NCBI GenBank assembly: GCA_964449965.1
Contig: CAYVEO010000001.1
Span: forward strand, 15,189-79,188
DNA: 64,000 bases
Reading direction: 5' to 3'
Source: an uncultured Planctomycetia bacterium
Lineage (GTDB): Bacteria > Omnitrophota > Gorgyraeia > CAYVEO01
The notes under the pieces are model-generated. The model was not told where the DNA came from, did not search any database, and worked only from the letters and a program-made list of their open reading frames with translations. Shown in pieces: positions 47,363 to 56,960 of this stretch; position 1 is the first letter of the stretch; every line of letters begins with the position of its first letter. The translations under genes and the position numbers were made by a program.

Positions 47363-49150
47363 CTATCTCCCTTTTTTCTTCTTTACGACTAAATTAAGCG
47401 TCTTAATACCTGATATTACCCAGTCTGTGGGTTCACTAACCTTTAATTCATCCCTCATCTCTATCCTGACATTCGTATCAGTAGAATTCTTCATAATCTC
47501 TATCATGGATGCAGGTAAAGAGGAGAGTTTCTCGCCGAGGACATCCACCCTGTTCCTCGGTATAGAAGCGACTACTACAAGGTCATTATTCTTCTCTTCC
47601 TTTTCCATCAGTCTTATCAACTGATTTAAATTATAGGCATTATATTCACCCGTTTCCCAGAATAAGAACCTCATGGGTCTTGTTGGCGGAAGCCCTAACA
47701 TCGCCTCCAGATTCATCAATTCACTACCGCCGCATGAGCCGAGTAAGACTATACCCGGGGGCGTATCATCCGGTAATTTTATCGTGACTTCTTTGTCTAC
47801 AATTTCTCCACTAAAAGCCTTTAAAGTTATGCCAAGTTTCACCTCGTCACCCGGCTCCGCCTCTATCTTCTTCAGATATATATTTTCAACCCTTGCTGTC
47901 TTGCGGCTGTCTTTAATCTCAATTTCCCACCGGACCTTCCGGAATTTCACCTCGCCAAACTGATTGTCCATCAATAAATGGATTGGTCTTGTCCAACCTC
48001 CGGATGATATGAATTCAAACAGGTTGGCAGAACCATAAAATAGATTTTCTAACTTTATAGGCTCCATCTTGTCAAGCAATATCTCCTGGGTTGCCTTTAT
48101 TGTATTCTCTCCCACGACTTTAGAAACCCCCATTATAGCACTCGTTACAGCCCATTCCATAAGCATAGGGGTAAATACCTTTGAATCTAACACCTCTACC
48201 TCGTAATTTCTATGATTATTTAACTCATCATCCCTTATAGTAATACTCACAGGGATAAGATTCGGGAATTCATTTAACCTGCCGCCTATACCATAAACCC
48301 TGTCCTGGTTTATCCTGCCAACCATATCAAGCGAAGATGCAAGTTTAAACGATATCTCCTGGCTCGGCAATATAGTATGGACGTATGCCCCTGTCAAAGG
48401 AAAATCTGACCTTCCCATCCACAGGAATGGATGGCCAAATGCTGCTATATTATCACCGTCCCTGTAAGTCAATGTGCCAATAGCAGACATCTCCATGTCC
48501 CCTCTCATCAGTTGTACCCCCACTGCTGAACCAGGCAGGATAGACGTCTCCACTTTTTCATGAACTCCTCCACCCCCCGCCATCGGGATAATATTGAACT
48601 GTTTAAATCTATCCTTCATAAGTTCCAATATCCTGTTGTCAAACCCATTCACCATTAATATCGTCCCTAAAGGGGTTAGTGGCTGACCATGGTCTGATTT
48701 AGAAGGCGCCACATTTTCTGTATCTACAGAAGCCAATCTTAACATATCCTCTATAGGTGTTATACCGCAGATAGGTTCTTTAGAAAACCCCCACGCATAA
48801 GATAATGCACCTATGAGTCTCCCATTTATGTATATGGGACTTCCGCTCATGCCTGCAATGACCCCTGTCTTATCAAGAGGACCACCGCTCAGACTCGCGA
48901 GTATCAAATCTCCGCCGCCTGGCAGGACCTTTTCCAGTACGCCAAGTATCTTCACGTTGAATTCCTCAATCTTAACGCCTTGAAATACTGTCTTACCAGT
49001 CCCTTCCATCCCGGGTTTTACCTCAACCTTAGGCATGATATCATCCAGCGAGAAAGCACTACCTATCCCGTGAAATATGAGGATAAATACCAAAAAATAA
49101 AGAGATATATTTGTCTCTTTTCTCATTATATCTTCGCTTTCCTCAAACAC
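47363..49150 (-). CDS. SpoIVB-type peptidase S55 domain protein, secreted
   Basis: N-terminal TM/signal segment. GMSGSPIYINGRLIGALSYAW serine-protease motif of the S55 family. Confidence 0.55.
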   Translation of the reverse strand: MFEESEDIMRKETNISLYFLVFILIFHGIGSAFSLDDIMPKVEVKPGMEGTGKTVFQGVKIEEFNVKILGVLEKVLPGGGDLILASLSGGPLDKTGVIAGMSGSPIYINGRLIGALSYAWGFSKEPICGITPIEDMLRLASVDTENVAPSKSDHGQPLTPLGTILMVNGFDNRILELMKDRFKQFNIIPMAGGGGVHEKVETSILPGSAVGVQLMRGDMEMSAIGTLTYRDGDNIAAFGHPFLWMGRSDFPLTGAYVHTILPSQEISFKLASSLDMVGRINQDRVYGIGGRLNEFPNLIPVSITIRDDELNNHRNYEVEVLDSKVFTPMLMEWAVTSAIMGVSKVVGENTIKATQEILLDKMEPIKLENLFYGSANLFEFISSGGWTRPIHLLMDNQFGEVKFRKVRWEIEIKDSRKTARVENIYLKKIEAEPGDEVKLGITLKAFSGEIVDKEVTIKLPDDTPPGIVLLGSCGGSELMNLEAMLGLPPTRPMRFLFWETGEYNAYNLNQLIRLMEKEEKNNDLVVVASIPRNRVDVLGEKLSSLPASMIEIMKNSTDTNVRIEMRDELKVSEPTDWVISGIKTLNLVVKKKKGR

Positions 49151-50130
49151 TCGGCAGCATCTTCAGGCGTAGTGGGGTTGATGTAAAATCCCGAGCCCCA
49201 TTCAAATCCCGCTACGTGAAACAGTATAGGCATTATCTCTATATGCCAATGGTAGTCGTCTCTCTCCCTGTCTTCTACAGGAGAGGTATGAATTATGAAA
49301 TTGTATGACGTATCTCTCAGGGTATTCTTTATTCTTAAGAGCACCTCTTTTAATATCCTTGCCAGATCTATAACCTGGTCCTTATTAATGTGACTAAAAT
49401 CTGCACAATGCTCCCTGGGGATAATCCATGTCTCAAATGGGAATCTTGAAGCAAATGGGGTAAAGGATATAAAACCCTTATTCTCGGTAACGACCCTCTC
49501 TGCCTCCTGAAGTTCCTGGCTTATCATGTCACAGAATACGCATCTCTCGCGATATTCAAAATAGTATTCAGCCCCTTTCAATTCCTCGTTCACAATAATA
49601 GGAACAGCAGGAAGTGCTATTAACTGGGAATGGGGATGTTCCAATGATGCCCCTGCACTCTCTCCATAATTCTTAAAGAGCAATATATACTTAAACCGTT
49701 TGTCCCCTCTTAAATCTATGCTCCTGTCACGATAAGCCCAGATTACTTTTTCCACTTCATTGTCAAGAAGGTCAGCTAACGATTTTTCATGGTCAGGGGT
49801 TTCTATAATAACTTCATGGGCGCCTATACCGTTCATCGTATCATACAAACCCACTCCCATCCTCTTCATGTCCCCTTCAATCCTCAGTGCCGGAAATTTA
49901 TTTGGCACCACCCTCGTGGACCATCCTGAGGTATTGGGCTTGGTCCCGCCTACCCTGTGGGCATATATCTCAGGCGGCGTCTTATCCTCATTGCCATAGC
50001 AGAACGGACACATACCGCCTTTAGTAACATGCGGCTCTACGTCAAAATCAGCAGGATGCCTCCCCTCTTCTACGGCAATGATTACCCATCTACCATTTAT
50101 CGTGTCCTTCCTTAACTCAGGCATTTTCAT
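49126..50130 (-). CDS. galactose-1-phosphate uridylyltransferase-family (GalT/HIT) nucleotidyltransferase, paralogue 1
   Basis: Zn site CPFC. HIT-like active site HPHSQLIA. 334 aa. Confidence 0.7.
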   Translation of the reverse strand: MKMPELRKDTINGRWVIIAVEEGRHPADFDVEPHVTKGGMCPFCYGNEDKTPPEIYAHRVGGTKPNTSGWSTRVVPNKFPALRIEGDMKRMGVGLYDTMNGIGAHEVIIETPDHEKSLADLLDNEVEKVIWAYRDRSIDLRGDKRFKYILLFKNYGESAGASLEHPHSQLIALPAVPIIVNEELKGAEYYFEYRERCVFCDMISQELQEAERVVTENKGFISFTPFASRFPFETWIIPREHCADFSHINKDQVIDLARILKEVLLRIKNTLRDTSYNFIIHTSPVEDRERDDYHWHIEIMPILFHVAGFEWGSGFYINPTTPEDAAECLRKAKI

Positions 50131-51148
50131 TAACCTCCCTTAGATATTTTGCAGCATCCTCCGGCGGCGTCGGATTTATATGACATCCTGTTCCCCATTC
50201 AAATCCTGCTACCTTTGTCAGCCTCGGCATTATCTCTATATGCCAGTGATAATCCTGCTCTACCGTCCTCCAGTATCCCGCTTTTGGAATTCTAAACGGG
50301 GCTGTATGTATCACATAATTATAAGGCGGGTCTCCGAGGGCAACCTTCAGCTTGCGCATAATGGTTCTGAGCATCTTTGCTAAATATTCAATACTGGGTT
50401 TCTTTATAGCAGAGAAATCACAGGAATGCTCCTTGGGAAGTATCCATACCTCAAAAGGAAACCTTGGTGCAAATGGAGTAATTGCCACGAATCCATCCAG
50501 GTCCATGACTAATCTTTCCTGGGAATCCATATCCTGCTTTATTACGTCGCAGAAGATACACCGCTCTTTGTAGTCGTAATATCTTCTTGCCCCCACAAGC
50601 TCCTCCTTGACCAATTTGGGATTGACAGGGGTTGCTATAAGCTGGGAATGGGAATGCCTTATGGAACTTGCCCCTGCGAGGGAGCCATAATTCTTAAATA
50701 CCAGGACATATTTAAATCTGCGGTCCTTGTGAAGGTCATTTATCCTCTCTATGTAGGTAAGGAGCACCTTATTTATCTGTCCATCATCCAGGTCTGCGAT
50801 ACCTGATACGTGTTTAGGCGTCTCTATTATTACCTCATGTGCACCGACACCGTTCATCATATCATACATCCCGGACCCTCTTCTACCCAGGTCCCCTTCT
50901 ATTTTAAGGACAGGGTGAATACTCGGAACGACGCGTATCTGCCATCCACGGGTATCCGGCTTACGCGCATCCGGGTTTCTGACAGCATATATCTCATGAG
51001 GCGTCCCTCCCTCATTCCCTTCGCAGAAAGGACATTGCCCCTGCATCGGGGGTTCAACGTTCTTGGAAAAGTCGTTTGGGCGTTTTGCGCGTTCTGTAGA
51101 GATAATTACCCATCTACCAACTATCGGGTCTTTCCTTAATTCCGGCAT
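50117..51148 (-). CDS. galactose-1-phosphate uridylyltransferase-family (GalT/HIT) nucleotidyltransferase, paralogue 2
   Basis: CPFCEGNE. RHSHSQLIA. 343 aa. Tandem with paralogue 1; the two overlap by 14 nt. Confidence 0.7.
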   Translation of the reverse strand: MPELRKDPIVGRWVIISTERAKRPNDFSKNVEPPMQGQCPFCEGNEGGTPHEIYAVRNPDARKPDTRGWQIRVVPSIHPVLKIEGDLGRRGSGMYDMMNGVGAHEVIIETPKHVSGIADLDDGQINKVLLTYIERINDLHKDRRFKYVLVFKNYGSLAGASSIRHSHSQLIATPVNPKLVKEELVGARRYYDYKERCIFCDVIKQDMDSQERLVMDLDGFVAITPFAPRFPFEVWILPKEHSCDFSAIKKPSIEYLAKMLRTIMRKLKVALGDPPYNYVIHTAPFRIPKAGYWRTVEQDYHWHIEIMPRLTKVAGFEWGTGCHINPTPPEDAAKYLREVNENA

Positions 51149-51172
51149 ATTTCCTCCATGATATTGTTAAAT

Positions 51173-51197
51173 GACAGGCGGGACGCCCGTCCTACTT
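51173..51197. repeat. GC-rich post-stop hairpin element, copy B (GACAGGCGGGACGCCCGTCCTACTT)
   Basis: Begins 1 nt after the TAA stop of the upstream minus-strand gene. Lies in a 48-nt spacer before the next gene. On the minus strand GACGGGCG-TCC-CGCCTGTC forms the same stem as copy A with one G.U pair. Confidence 0.65.
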
Positions 51198-52497
51198 ATA
51201 TTTTCTGCAAAAGATACAGAAAATCACTTGGGTTTATAACACCCAGGACATTCTTCTCCTCGTCCTGGACGACTATCAATCCTGCTGGTTCTTCTTTTGC
51301 TTTATTCAGGGCAACCTTCAAAAGTTCATCTGGTGAAACAACTGTGACCGTTCTTTTCATTACCTCTTCCACGCGCTTTTCTAATCCGTCAAGGACAGGC
51401 TGAACAACATGGGGATAAAGACTCACAATACTGTTCACCTTATTTTTAATGTACCGGTAAAATACGCTCGTCAATATCTTGTTGTAACTAATTGCTATCG
51501 GGTAGAATGGTTTGCCTTCAATAAAATTCAAATGGCTTGATAGGGCAGTCTGCCCTGTATCTTCGTCTATAGCCAGGAAATAACGCAGACTGCTGTCAGG
51601 GATGTTGTTTTCTTCATCTTCAGGTATAGCCGCTAAATAAGTCATCTGGTAAACTTCATCCATTGAGGTATTCAACTCCTTGTAATTCTTGCCAATATAA
51701 TCTGCTAACTCGTCATCCTGGTCCCGGAAAATCGTAGAATATTTTTCTAACGTATCTATGGCATCGCTCAAAAATATCCCTAAGGCAACATCCTCTGCGT
51801 ATAATAAACCCCCGGCTATAAGGGCGGCATCATCGGATTGTCCGGGCCCAATCTTGTGGCGGATATAAAGATACCTGACCTCGCCCTTTTTAAACTTATA
51901 TAAATCCGCCTCGTCAATAATTAACCCCTTCTTCTTGTAGATATAGAGTTGGTCTATATGTTCCTGATGCGCCAGTAATTCTCCGTCTAAACCCATCTCC
52001 TCCATAACGTTTATGTTGATTAGATAACATTTGCCATATCCAATCCTGATATTATATCTATTCTCAGCCTCGTGTCTTATGAAACTATCATCTCTCAGGC
52101 CGCCGATGTACATCCCTTTTAGAACGTCCCTTGGAACAACCGCTCTTTTTTTGAAGAGAGGCACCCCCAAAAATGGAACCCCATTTCCATTTACAAGTTT
52201 GTCCCGAACTTTGCCATTTATAACGTCCCTGGCAAATTCCGTTATATCGTCTATCAATGACTGCCTTTTCCTCTTCACTACCTCAGGTTCCATTCCTACA
52301 GCCTCCACGATGTCATCTATCGTGGTATTTACATAGCGATATTTGCGGAAACTGCCGGCACCATTATGCGCCCTGCCTTCAATGGATTGAACGAATAGCA
52401 GTTCTTCTATATCCGGTGACGTATTAAGATGTTCCTGTCTCTTTAAATGTTTAAAATCCTGACGGATTAATTCCGGAGGAGCTACCCCTTTTAACAT
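51196..52497 (-). CDS. hypothetical protein with C-terminal CBS-like domain
   Basis: 433 aa. C-terminal GLIVVQDEEKNVLGVINPSDFLYLL resembles a CBS pair. No confident family for the body. Confidence 0.3.
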   Translation of the reverse strand: MLKGVAPPELIRQDFKHLKRQEHLNTSPDIEELLFVQSIEGRAHNGAGSFRKYRYVNTTIDDIVEAVGMEPEVVKRKRQSLIDDITEFARDVINGKVRDKLVNGNGVPFLGVPLFKKRAVVPRDVLKGMYIGGLRDDSFIRHEAENRYNIRIGYGKCYLININVMEEMGLDGELLAHQEHIDQLYIYKKKGLIIDEADLYKFKKGEVRYLYIRHKIGPGQSDDAALIAGGLLYAEDVALGIFLSDAIDTLEKYSTIFRDQDDELADYIGKNYKELNTSMDEVYQMTYLAAIPEDEENNIPDSSLRYFLAIDEDTGQTALSSHLNFIEGKPFYPIAISYNKILTSVFYRYIKNKVNSIVSLYPHVVQPVLDGLEKRVEEVMKRTVTVVSPDELLKVALNKAKEEPAGLIVVQDEEKNVLGVINPSDFLYLLQKI

Positions 52498-52498
52498 A

Positions 52499-53458
52499 TC
52501 ACTCCTTCCATAATATGGTCCCTGAATCTATCTTACGGCCAATAGCAAACTGGTAAGCAGAAACCCTTCTCCCTCCTTCTATCTGGAGTTCCTTTAACAG
52601 TAATTTGCCATTACCAGTCTGGACCGTTATACCATCCTTACTTACTTTTGTTATCCTCCCTGGCTCAAAACCAGAAGTGCCTTCGCTATTCAGGACAATG
52701 GACGTCTGCCAGACCTTTAACAATCTCTTTATCCCATCCTCTTCCATATACGTGAAAGCCCCTGGCCGCGGCATCATCCCCCTTACCATATTGTGAATCC
52801 GGTATGCACTCATCCTCCAATCTATAAGCCCGTCACTCTTTTTCAGTTTAGGTGCATAAGATGACTCAGTTTCATTCTGGGGACTGAATACAACCTCTCC
52901 CTGCTCTATAAGATTAATTGTATCAAGTAATAGTCCTGCACCTGCATTAGAAAGCGCGTCCTCCAGATTACCAGCCGTATCATTTATACCTATATCTACT
53001 TCACGGGAAGATAAAATATCCCCGGCATCCACCTTTTCTGTCATCTTTAGGACAGTAACCCCGGTCTTATCCTCTCCATTGATTATTGCCCAGTTTATAG
53101 GGGCAGCCCCTCTATATTTGGGTAAAAGAGACCCGTGCAGATTTATGGAATAGAGTTTAGGTATAGCCAGAACATTCCTGCTTAGAATTTTCCCGTAGGA
53201 GATTACGACAAAGAGGTCCGCTTTTATAGACCTTAATAATTCAAATGTTCTTTTATCACTTAGAATGTCTTCCGGCTGCTCTATCTTTAATCCAAGTCTA
53301 TGGGCCTCTTCTTTTACAGGATTATATCCATACTTTAACCCCCTGCCGCTTCTCCTATCAGGCTGGGTTACTACGGTTTCTATTTGATGCGTAGAATTGT
53401 ATATCTTTATAAGACCTGGAATAGCAAACCGCGAAGTCCCCCAAAAAATCAGCCGCAT
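52499..53458 (-). CDS. fmt: methionyl-tRNA formyltransferase
   Basis: MRLIFWGTSRFAIPGL. Formyltransferase N and C domains. Directly downstream of def. Confidence 0.85.
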   Translation of the reverse strand: MRLIFWGTSRFAIPGLIKIYNSTHQIETVVTQPDRRSGRGLKYGYNPVKEEAHRLGLKIEQPEDILSDKRTFELLRSIKADLFVVISYGKILSRNVLAIPKLYSINLHGSLLPKYRGAAPINWAIINGEDKTGVTVLKMTEKVDAGDILSSREVDIGINDTAGNLEDALSNAGAGLLLDTINLIEQGEVVFSPQNETESSYAPKLKKSDGLIDWRMSAYRIHNMVRGMMPRPGAFTYMEEDGIKRLLKVWQTSIVLNSEGTSGFEPGRITKVSKDGITVQTGNGKLLLKELQIEGGRRVSAYQFAIGRKIDSGTILWKE

Positions 53459-53943
53459 CGCTTTTTTAGTTCAGCAAGAACCTTTCTTCTCTGAAAGAAC
53501 GGCAATCTATCTACAAATAATATACCGTCCAAATGGTCTATCTCGTGCTGGATTATCCTTGCTGTAAGGCCCTTAACGTCTAATCTAATCTCTTTACCTT
53601 CTATATTCAGACCTTCAATCCTCAAGGTATTAGCCCGGCGCAGTTCCCTGCTCACACCTGGTACGCTCAGACACCCTTCCTGACCCGTCACCCTACCCCC
53701 GGTATGTACAATCTTTGGATTTATAATGACTAATTCATCACCCTTTTTCTGAGTATCATTTAATACTATTATCCTGCGGTCTATCCCAACCTGTGTAGCA
53801 GCCAGTCCTACCCCGTTATTGAAATACATAGTCTCAATCATATCTTTTATAAGTATATTTTCAGCCTCTGTAAGGCTCGTCAATGGCTTTGCCTTCTGCC
53901 GCAATATAGGCGCCGGATATTTAACTACCTCAATAACCGCCAT
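53449..53943 (-). CDS. def: peptide deformylase
   Basis: GVGLAATQVGI, EGCLSVPG, HEIDHLDG. Confidence 0.9.
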   Translation of the reverse strand: MAVIEVVKYPAPILRQKAKPLTSLTEAENILIKDMIETMYFNNGVGLAATQVGIDRRIIVLNDTQKKGDELVIINPKIVHTGGRVTGQEGCLSVPGVSRELRRANTLRIEGLNIEGKEIRLDVKGLTARIIQHEIDHLDGILFVDRLPFFQRRKVLAELKKRCG

Positions 53944-54051
53944 AGTTTCAAAATATTACCATATTCCGTTTAAAAAAGCAAGAAAATTCCTATTTAAACT
54001 TATAGAATTAGAAGGATTTTAAAAAGACATGAACTTAGGCGGGGTGTGCCT

Positions 54052-54561
54052 CTATCTTTCTTCCATGCACAATTTCTCAACAAACCTGTTTACCTTTTCT
54101 CTATGAGAGGAATCTATTCTAAGGAAGGCTACGGAGGTCCTGTATGAACTGTTATGGCGTTTTACCCTTATTATCCTTGCCAGTGTCCTTAATACCTCTG
54201 TCGTATCAGGCAGGATTATATTCGTCTCTATTATTGTGCTTACCGAGGCATACTGTTCTGATTCAAATAACATACCGCCGCCGCCTATATCACAGGTAAA
54301 AGCGGAAGCCAACCCTTCTGATGAACCTGATAAAAGGAGTTCAAAACAAATCTTGATAGGCAGCCTTATTTCCATACGCGGGTCTTTTCTTCTCTCAGGT
54401 CCTAAATAAGGTTGAGGAGTGCCAATCTGGTACAATTTCATTCTATCATCTTTGGGAAATTCGGTTTCCACTAACCATGAATTGCATATATTGCATACGG
54501 TAAGAGGTTCATTAACCCCCTCTAATACGATTTCCTTGCTACACAGAGGACATATCCTCAT
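54052..54561 (-). CDS. PilZ-domain c-di-GMP-binding protein with N-terminal zinc ribbon (track start 54672; likely start at ATG 54559-54561)
   Basis: CPLC...CNIC ribbon. PilZ motifs RRKDPR and D-x-S-x-GG-like DIGGGGMLF. AAGGGAG RBS before the internal ATG. Confidence 0.6.
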   Translation of the reverse strand: MRICPLCSKEIVLEGVNEPLTVCNICNSWLVETEFPKDDRMKLYQIGTPQPYLGPERRKDPRMEIRLPIKICFELLLSGSSEGLASAFTCDIGGGGMLFESEQYASVSTIIETNIILPDTTEVLRTLARIIRVKRHNSSYRTSVAFLRIDSSHREKVNRFVEKLCMEER

Positions 54562-54828
54562 TCTATTTTTCTCCCTTTTATTAATTTTATCCAGTATAAG
54601 TATACCTGATAAAATCTCCTTTGTCAACCCCGTTAGAAAATTTACACTATATCTTACCTTATATAGTAGCAATTACTATACCACAGATATTTTCTGCTTT
54701 GAGGAATTTTAACATGCTCAAAAAAGGTAGTTTTTGGGTTACACGAATATGTTACTATTACACGAAAATGTTATCATTAGCAGCATAGCGAAGGGATGAT
54801 GAAGGATAATTTCTTGATAGGTTTATAT

Positions 54829-56226
54829 CTATTCCATTTTAACACTATCAGGGGGTTTAATATTCAGCCTTTTTATATTCTTCCTAAGAGTATTGTAGTG
54901 GATACCTAATATTTGGGCGGCTTTCTTACTGTTCCACTTTACCTTTTCCAAGGCATTGATAATACGTTGTTTTTGAAACTCATCCACTGCATTCAGCAAA
55001 GTAGCATCTTCACGAATAAAATCAGTCTTATTCTCCATTCCTCCAATTATAATATCCAACGGCAGACTTTCAGGAGATATAACATCTTCTTTTCCCAATA
55101 CAACTAACCTTTCTATTATATTCTGTAATTCTCTAACGTTTCCCGGCCATTTGTATTCGGTAAGATATTCCATGGTATCGTAAGAAAATCCCTCTATCTT
55201 TTTATTGAATTTCTGATTATATTTTGCGAGAAAATGATTGGCGAGCAGCAGAATGTCTTCACTGCGTTCACGTAATGGCGGTATCTCCACAGGTACTACA
55301 TTCAGCCGGTAATACAAATCTTCTCTGAACTTACCCTCTTTTAACGCCTTTTTAAGGTCAACATTGGTAGCAGATATCAACCTTATGTCAACTTTTATTG
55401 TCCTTTCCCCGCCTACCTTTTCTATCTCTCTCTCCTGTAATGTCCTCAGTATTTTCACCTGTGTATCTAATCCTAAGTTTCCAATTTCATCAAGAAATAA
55501 CGTCCCGCCATGAGCCAGTTCAAATTTACCGGTCTTCTCTTTCGTAGCATCCGTAAAGGAACCTTTTTCATGTCCGAAAAGTTCACTTTCTATCAGGGTA
55601 GGAGTAAGTGCAGCACAATCCACGGCAATGAACGGTTTATCCTTTCTTTTGCTGTTATAATGGATGGCACGAGCCACCATCTCTTTCCCTGTACCGCTCT
55701 CACCCAATATCAGCACCGTCGCATCGTGCATGGCAACTTCCTTAATTGTTTCAAAAACCTTCTGCATTTTTTCACTTGTGCCAACCATACTTTCAAAATC
55801 AATCCTCTCGGTTAATTCGGAACGGAGATATTCCACCTCTTTTATTAATGTCTGTTTCTCTATCGCTTTCTTTATGGTAACCATCATCTCATCTACGTTG
55901 AATGGCTTGGAAATATAATCATGGGCACCTAACTTCATGGCTTCAACAGCCGTTTCTATGGTCTTGACAGCAGTTATCATAATAACCTCTATATTGCTGT
56001 CAAATTCCTTTATTTTTCTTAATATTTCCATACCATCCATTCCTGGCAATCTTATGTCAAGGAGGACTAAATTTACCCATTTCTTTTTAATCGTCTCCAG
56101 GGCATCCTTACCATTAGAAGCGGTTAACAGCTGATATTTATCATCTAAGAATAGCTTAAAAGACTCTAATACGCTAACTTCATCATCAACTGCCAGGACA
56201 ATAGGTTTAAAGGTTTTTGTATCCAT
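54829..56226 (-). CDS. sigma-54-dependent response regulator (NtrC family: REC plus AAA+ plus Fis-type HTH)
   Basis: REC VLAVDDE...D. AAA+ ILGESGTGKEMVARAIH, GAFTGA-like and ESELFGHEKG. C-terminal HTH. Confidence 0.85.
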   Translation of the reverse strand: MDTKTFKPIVLAVDDEVSVLESFKLFLDDKYQLLTASNGKDALETIKKKWVNLVLLDIRLPGMDGMEILRKIKEFDSNIEVIMITAVKTIETAVEAMKLGAHDYISKPFNVDEMMVTIKKAIEKQTLIKEVEYLRSELTERIDFESMVGTSEKMQKVFETIKEVAMHDATVLILGESGTGKEMVARAIHYNSKRKDKPFIAVDCAALTPTLIESELFGHEKGSFTDATKEKTGKFELAHGGTLFLDEIGNLGLDTQVKILRTLQEREIEKVGGERTIKVDIRLISATNVDLKKALKEGKFREDLYYRLNVVPVEIPPLRERSEDILLLANHFLAKYNQKFNKKIEGFSYDTMEYLTEYKWPGNVRELQNIIERLVVLGKEDVISPESLPLDIIIGGMENKTDFIREDATLLNAVDEFQKQRIINALEKVKWNSKKAAQILGIHYNTLRKNIKRLNIKPPDSVKME

Positions 56227-56240
56227 ACTGACTTTCTAAT

Positions 56241-56337
56241 TGGCGGAGAGGCCGGGATTCGAACCCGGGCTAGATCCTTTCAGACCTACTAACGGTTTAG
56301 CAAACCGCCCCCTTCAACCGTACTTGGGTACCTCTCC
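56241..56337 (-). tRNA. tRNA-Ser (anticodon GCU), class II with long variable arm, CCA encoded
   Basis: rc reads GGAGAGG-TA-CCC-AAGTACGGTTGAA-GGG-G-GCGGT-TTGCTAA-ACCGT-(23-nt variable arm)-CCGGG-TTCGAAT-CCCGG-CCTCTCC-G-CCA. Cloverleaf with U33, anticodon GCT, A37, T-loop TTCGAAT. Confidence 0.85.
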
Positions 56338-56346
56338 TTTGTATCT

Positions 56347-56820
56347 TCAATTATTAGAACACCTCTTTCTTCTGAAGAATTCCTGCATCAGAAGACGGCA
56401 TTCCTCTTCCATTAACCCCTTTTTAACCGTAATTGAGTGGTTAAGGCGCCTATCCTGCACTATATTCATCAATGAACCGCAGCTGCCCGACTTAGGGTCA
56501 GATGCACCATAGAATAATCTCTTTATCCTTGACAGGACCATCGCCCCTGCACACATGGGACACGGCTCTATCGTAACATAGACTGACGTATTTACCAATC
56601 TCTCATTCTTGAGATAGTCTGCTGCCTGTGTAATGGCTATCATCTCGGCATGGGCAGTAGGGTCGTGTAACAGGACGATTTGATTATGGGCACGGGCAAT
56701 AATCCTGCCCTCATAGACAATAACAGCCCCGACAGGAACCTCATCCTTATCAATTGCCTTCCTTGCCTCACTTATAGCCACTTTCATATAGTCATTATTA
56801 CTCATTGAAATAGGAGGCAT
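56347..56820 (-). CDS. tadA: tRNA-specific adenosine deaminase
   Basis: HAEMIAITQA...PCPMCAGAM CDA zinc motifs. 157 aa. Confidence 0.85.
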   Translation of the reverse strand: MPPISMSNNDYMKVAISEARKAIDKDEVPVGAVIVYEGRIIARAHNQIVLLHDPTAHAEMIAITQAADYLKNERLVNTSVYVTIEPCPMCAGAMVLSRIKRLFYGASDPKSGSCGSLMNIVQDRRLNHSITVKKGLMEEECRLLMQEFFRRKRCSNN

Positions 56821-56960
56821 ATTTATCTTTCAGAGGCATCTTTTGTGTGAGCGGGCACGGTGTCCGCCATTTCTTTTGGCGGACGAGCGAGCGCAAAAAC
56901 TGAGTGCGGTTTGCCACGCAGGGGCAAACAAACGACCGATGAAAGACAAATATGCCTCCT
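56812..56960. repeat. 20-bp imperfect inverted repeat (AGGAGGCATATTTRTCTTTC) flanking a 109-bp GC-rich structured core; the 3' arm contains the tadA start codon
   Basis: IRs at 56812-56831 and 56941-56960 (19/20 complementary). The core contains GTCCGCC/GGCGGAC and GTTTGCC/GGCAAAC hairpins. Core GC about 58% against a window background of about 40%. Confidence 0.5.

Noticed and set aside
54673-54828. sigma54 promoter upstream of the PilZ gene
   Set aside because: No TGGCAC-N5-TTGCW-like -24/-12 element on either strand. Only a TACACGAA direct repeat of unknown meaning.
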